A stretch of DNA of 64,000 nt, taken from contig JBKEHH010000007.1 in the NCBI GenBank assembly GCA_046710535.1, forward strand, positions 32,639 through 96,638, read 5' to 3'. Position 1 is the stretch's first letter. Each line of letters begins with the position of its first letter. Source of the DNA: Pseudomonadales bacterium (GTDB taxonomy: Bacteria > Pseudomonadota > Gammaproteobacteria > Pseudomonadales > CAWVSB01). A program made the position numbers and the translations under genes. Shown piece after piece: positions 60,474 through 64,000 of the stretch. The notes below the pieces were generated by a model, which made no database searches, was not told the origin of the DNA, and saw nothing but the letters and a program-made list of their open reading frames with translations.

Positions 60474-61013
60474 TTAGAGGGCACTTGTGGATACCGCGAA
60501 TACTAGGTCGTTCTGTATCTCGCCGCCGATGTGGAATTCATGACTTCCCACTTCTTTAAACCCAAGCTGTCTATAAAATGCGATAGCTTTTAGGTTTTCT
60601 TCCCATACCCCAAGCCAGATATTTTCATGGGACATCGCATAAGCTATTTTTCCGACTCTGGAAAGTAATTGCCGGCCGACCCCCAAACCATGGCTCGACT
60701 TATCAATATATATTCGCCAAAGCTGTGCTGAAATGTCCAAGCTGATGGTCTTCGGGATTGGATTCAAGCGGAGCTGAGCATAGCCGACCAATAGTTGGTC
60801 AATCTCTACCAAAAGGGTTGTTACATTAGGGTCCGACAATTGAGCCTGTTGCTGGCTACTGGTAAAACTTTCCTTGATATATGACGCCAAAATATCAGCA
60901 GACATGCTGTCAGCGTAGGCTTGATGAAATAGCTTTGCCGCTAAATGAGATAGTCGAAGCGCATCTTTGTTATTGCCGATCGATATAACTATTTTTCGTT
61001 CAATATCGGTCAT
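60474..61013 (-). CDS. GNAT family N-acetyltransferase
   Basis: 179 aa. Acetyl-CoA binding motif HGLGVGRQLL and the FY..LGF motif. Confidence 0.85.
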   Translation of the reverse strand: MTDIERKIVISIGNNKDALRLSHLAAKLFHQAYADSMSADILASYIKESFTSSQQQAQLSDPNVTTLLVEIDQLLVGYAQLRLNPIPKTISLDISAQLWRIYIDKSSHGLGVGRQLLSRVGKIAYAMSHENIWLGVWEENLKAIAFYRQLGFKEVGSHEFHIGGEIQNDLVFAVSTSAL

Positions 61014-61335
61014 GTTTAAGAGTGCCTCCTAATACTGAGAGCAAGGATATTGTCATTCAGTTAAAGTTTTATAGCTTGTTGCATAGCATTATTAGATCCT
61101 TGTGCTCGCCACAGCAGTGACCCCGTCATTTACCTCTGTGCCCGTATAACATTACCTTAGTTCACGTTAACTTATTCTTTGTTGATTTTTTATCGGCAAA
61201 ATCTACAACCGTTGCAGTATTGGCTGTAGGATTGATGATCGCAGGAAAACCCAAAAATACGGTAACCAATTTAGCATAGAAGTCAGCCGTTTAGCTCTTA
61301 TCTCTCTGCTGAGCTGACGCTTGATACTCTTTGCG

Positions 61336-61602
61336 TCAAAGTTTTTCGGCCGGTTCTTCCTTTTTATCTTCAGCCTTTTTAACCCGTATTTTATTACTTC
61401 CGACAGTTTTGTTGTTGAGGTTTTTAGTTGCGGCTTTTGCTTCACCTGATTTTGGCATCTCAATAAAAGCAAAACCTTTAGATGCTCCACTAACGCGGTC
61501 GATGACTAACTTGCAAGATTGTACGACCCCAAATTCTTGAAATAAAACTGTTAGTTCTTGTTCTGTAGTTGATCGATCTAAGTTACGTACTAATAATTTC
61601 AT
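61336..61602 (-). CDS. RRM-domain RNA-binding protein
   Basis: 88 aa. RNP2 LLVRNL and RNP1 KGFAFIEM motifs. Basic/acidic tail. Confidence 0.9.
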   Translation of the reverse strand: MKLLVRNLDRSTTEQELTVLFQEFGVVQSCKLVIDRVSGASKGFAFIEMPKSGEAKAATKNLNNKTVGSNKIRVKKAEDKKEEPAEKL

Positions 61603-61708
61603 ATAGTTTCCGATTGGTAATTTTTCGTTATGAGTTAATTTAATATATTGCTATGAGACCTGCGACGTTACAGCCATCAACCTATGTGCGGTGTGATTTT
61701 ATAATTTC

Positions 61709-62240
61709 TCAATCACTGCGCGATAATAAAAAGTATTCGGTTGATCGGAGGACTTCTGCGCAATCATAAGCTTTTGCTGATCTTTATTTTTTCAGAAGTA
61801 ATTTATCAATCTTATTTAACGGCTATTCAGGAAAGTACATTTGTGTAATAAGCTCAACATACTCCCTTTTCGTCACCTTAAAATTAATATGTGGAGGTCG
61901 AACCCATCCCAGCGCAACTGGATAAGAACCAGGCAATACCGTCTAAAATTTGAATTCTCCATCTTTACCGGTCTAAACTATGGCCCAGCCCTGAAATTTT
62001 TCGTCCGCCGGTGCTAGGTTAGAATCATGTGGCTGGCGATATTTCCCGGCCGCCTTAGCTTGCCACATATCAATAGTAGCGTTCTCTACAGGGAGCCCCT
62101 CTGTGTCAACAATACTTCCATAGACAAAGATATGCTCTTCCAATGCCTCCATGTTACTATTATCAACGGTGATAAGATAAAAATCTTTATTTTTTTACGC
62201 AATTACTGGGTGGAACGGCCCCTTTATTTCGGCCGTCGTC
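61709..62240 (-). pseudogene. Intradiol ring-cleavage dioxygenase-family remnant with five in-frame stops and no frameshift
   Basis: Own translation, not in the track: TTAEIKGPFHPVIA*KNKDFYLITVDNSNMEALEEHIFVYGSIVDTEGLPVENATIDMWQAKAAGKYRQPHDSNLAPADEKFQGWAIV*TGKDGEFKF*TVLPGSYPVALGWVRPPHINFKVTKREYVELITQMYFPE*PLNKIDKLLLKK*RS... Stops at 62195, 61973, 61943, 61823 and 61784. No start codon found. Confidence 0.65.
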
Positions 62241-62481
62241 GGTTGGCTATTGCGGAGTGGCTGATTACTCCAACCGTATCTAGAGCCCCAGCTTTGCCTA
62301 GCTTTCTATTGACATCCACTATATCAATAAGAGACGAACCTGCTCTTAGTTGAGTTAAACCAATATCATCTGCTAATGGGCGCTCTACAACACAGCCTAA
62401 AACAGCACAATAGAAATTAATAAGAGCTATATTTTGTTCGGTGCGTAGTAAGATGTGATCTATCGCCCTTGGTTTTGTCAT
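62224..62481 (-). pseudogene. VOC (glyoxalase/bleomycin resistance/dioxygenase) family N-terminal fragment
   Basis: 85-aa ORF. IDHILLRTEQ...FYCAVLGCVVER...GLTQLRAGSSLIDIV is a typical first VOC module. The second module is missing. The 3' end overlaps the start of the dioxygenase remnant in another frame. Confidence 0.55.
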
Positions 62482-62642
62482 ATAGTTCTTGTGGCTAAAC
62501 CTTTAGGCAGATAGCGCTAGCGACGCAACAGACGGAACCCCTGTGTGCGCCACTATTAGACAGTTTTGGCCACAATAAAACCATGGTCATTTACTGTATA
62601 TTAAAATTGTTAACTAAAATCATCTTTCAGATAAATTTTCTT

Positions 62643-63023
62643 TCACACTGGCTTTTTATCCAAGCTCCAAATTCCCGCACCGCGCACCGCAACGAATAAA
62701 AAGATAAAACAAAACAATGTCGATATTTCGCCACCATTCGCTATCGGGAAAAAGTTATTTAAACCATGTGCCATCCAATAGGCTACTGCCATTGTACCGC
62801 TACAAATAAATGCTACTGGGCGCGCAAATAGACCAATCATAATGAGTGTGCCACCAATCAATTCAATGCCGGCAGCAGCAGTCATCAGGGGGTTTAGTGG
62901 CCCATAAGGAAAATCAATCGGAAAATTAAAAAACTTTTGTGCACCATGCCAGATGAATAAGAATCCACTCATTATTCTTAATAGGGCATATGACTCTTCT
63001 TGGTAATTATCGAGAAATTTCAT
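62643..63023 (-). CDS. DoxX family membrane protein
   Basis: 126 aa with 4 TM helices. The pattern LLRI..G..F..HG..K is typical of DoxX. Confidence 0.85.
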   Translation of the reverse strand: MKFLDNYQEESYALLRIMSGFLFIWHGAQKFFNFPIDFPYGPLNPLMTAAAGIELIGGTLIMIGLFARPVAFICSGTMAVAYWMAHGLNNFFPIANGGEISTLFCFIFLFVAVRGAGIWSLDKKPV

Positions 63024-63137
63024 GGTTACAGCCTCACAATATTATTAGTAGGAGATTTAATATGTCATCTTATACTACTATTTTTTATTTTTCATATAGT
63101 TGTAAATCAACTATATGATTTTTTTGTTAATGCCAAT

Positions 63138-63335
63138 TTATATAGCGTTGTTAGCCTGGCCAAATTGATTTTCTAGAAATTGATATGATGTATTGAAGTA
63201 GTAACTACACCAAGCGACAATTCCTAACCATTTCAGCTCGTCTTCGAAAAAATACTTCCAATGCCCAAGTACTTGGATCCATTGTTGAAGAATGGAATCG
63301 ATAACAACAGAAAAACCAAGTAACCCAAGCGCCAA
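63138..63335 (-). CDS. Hypothetical small membrane protein, start uncertain
   Basis: 65-aa track ORF with a TTG start. The frame is open a further 30 codons upstream (NIIYAILAVNLCTYLITF...) without a canonical start. No family recognised. Confidence 0.3.
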   Translation of the reverse strand: MALGLLGFSVVIDSILQQWIQVLGHWKYFFEDELKWLGIVAWCSYYFNTSYQFLENQFGQANNAI

Positions 63336-63524
63336 ATCTAATAAAGAGACATGTGTTGTTAAAATAAGTTGTTTAAAAGTGATTAAATAAGTACATAAAT
63401 TGACTGCTAAAATCGCATAGATAATATTTTAATTCAAGTCGAGATACTTCGAGGCTAGCGTCTCCTGACCTATACGCTTTAATTATCGATAGATTGGTAG
63501 CTAACTGCTGAAAAATCGCAATCC

Positions 63525-63660
63525 GTGAATACGGGCATTAACTGGGGCGCTGCAATTTAATGCAAGCGATACTTCATCAGAGCAAAAGTTATCATGAGGT
63601 TGTGATGGCGCTACTAAAAAGTGGGTCGGCACCGGTTGCAGTAAATAGGACTAATAAGAT
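63525..63660 (+). pseudogene. Ankyrin-repeat-like remnant with a frameshift at a GGGG run (about 63543-63548)
   Basis: Frame 0 gives VNTGINWG. Frame +2 continues RCNLMQAILHQSKSYHEVVMALLKSGSAPVAVN, which fits the ankyrin consensus G.T.L..A......EVV..LL..GA.VN. No intact ORF. Confidence 0.35.
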
Positions 63661-63680
63661 AAATAAGACTAGTGAACAAT

Positions 63681-64000
63681 CTAAATTTTCACTATTCCCA
63701 TATCGGCTAGGCTTTTTGCGCCAGCGATAATAGCGTCTTGTGCCGAGCGAGGCTGCCAGCCGATTGATTTTGCTGCACTAATATTAGCAGTCTTAATCTT
63801 GTTGGCTTCATCCTTAAACATTTCCATTTCTGTGAGGAAACACGACAAAATTGAGAACAAAAAATCAGGCATTTCGCGGCTAGAAATTTTCCTTGTTGGG
63901 AATTCCTTAGTCAGTAGCTGCACCACTTCTTTTAACCACATAAATCCATTGGCACACAGAAAACGCTGGCCTATTGCAGCAGGCGACTCATAGGCTAGCC
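63681..64000 (-). CDS. 3' part of an NAD-dependent epimerase/dehydratase (aldehyde reductase / dihydroflavonol reductase-like SDR) gene continuing beyond the window end
   Basis: The frame is open upstream of track ORF 63681..63941 to position 64000 (...LAYESPAAIGQRFLCANGFMWLKEVVQLL...AKSIGWQPRSAQDAIIAGAKSL). This is the typical C-terminal region of extended SDRs. Confidence 0.7.
   Translation of the reverse strand, partial: LAYESPAAIGQRFLCANGFMWLKEVVQLLTKEFPTRKISSREMPDFLFSILSCFLTEMEMFKDEANKIKTANISAAKSIGWQPRSAQDAIIAGAKSLADMGIVKI

Noticed and set aside
61014-61335. 320-bp gap between the GNAT and RRM genes, including a Cys-rich frame (FSCDHQSYSQYCNGCRFCR) and a short TM-like frame (KSTTVAVLAVGLMIAG)
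   Set aside because: Neither frame has a usable start codon or ribosome-binding site, and both are under 40 codons with no recognisable family. They may be further decayed remnants, but this cannot be supported.

Overview
64-kb chromosomal window from a moderately AT-rich, marine-type gammaproteobacterium. Gene content recalls Alteromonadales or Cellvibrionales, but no taxon can be assigned from the sequence alone. It holds about 60 protein-coding loci. I recognised no rRNA, tRNA, CRISPR array, transposase or integrase. Left to right: a periplasmic sugar/alcohol oxidation cluster (quinohemoprotein PQQ-ADH, DUF1080, GMC flavoprotein with Tat small subunit); queD; a valine/isobutyrate catabolic operon (AdhE-type acylating ALDH, acyl-CoA DH, crotonase, 3-hydroxyisobutyryl-CoA hydrolase, mmsB) with a divergent AraC regulator; a DUF1214/DUF1254 pair; a sterol-desaturase-family gene; a tandem-FHA gene; TetR plus an RND efflux pair; nadA; bepA; a tusA-like gene, an AI-2E permease and an M16 protease; aceE-aceF; a crotonase; two ABC1/UbiB-type kinases flanking a GST and an SDR; DUF1223; an MBL hydrolase; a P450; a 7TMR-DISM protein with a degenerate GGDEF; an ABC exporter; a thioesterase; an exported MsrA; TetR plus fadH; a serine hydrolase; an RPH/PEP-synthase-like enzyme; panE-like, DsbA-like, histidine phosphatase and methyltransferase genes. 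The right end (about 57.5-64 kb) is visibly more AT-rich and decayed, with an SDR, dps, GNAT, an RRM protein, DoxX and several gene remnants. Hunt result: I see no recognisable defence or mobile system. The most unusual signal is that at least 8 unrelated loci are interrupted by in-frame stop codons with the reading frame preserved. There are 13 such internal stops (7 TAG, 6 TAA, 0 TGA), several of them hidden between or beyond ORF-track entries. Only two frameshift-type lesions were seen. This could reflect substitution errors, substitution-biased recent pseudogenisation, or tolerated UAR readthrough, and it needs read-level and comparative checks. Secondary observations include an AdhE-N-type acylating aldehyde dehydrogenase in the mmsA slot, a candidate glucoside-3-dehydrogenase/3-ketoglycoside cluster, a perfect 10-bp coding tandem repeat, a degenerate GGDEF sensor and candidate TetR operators.
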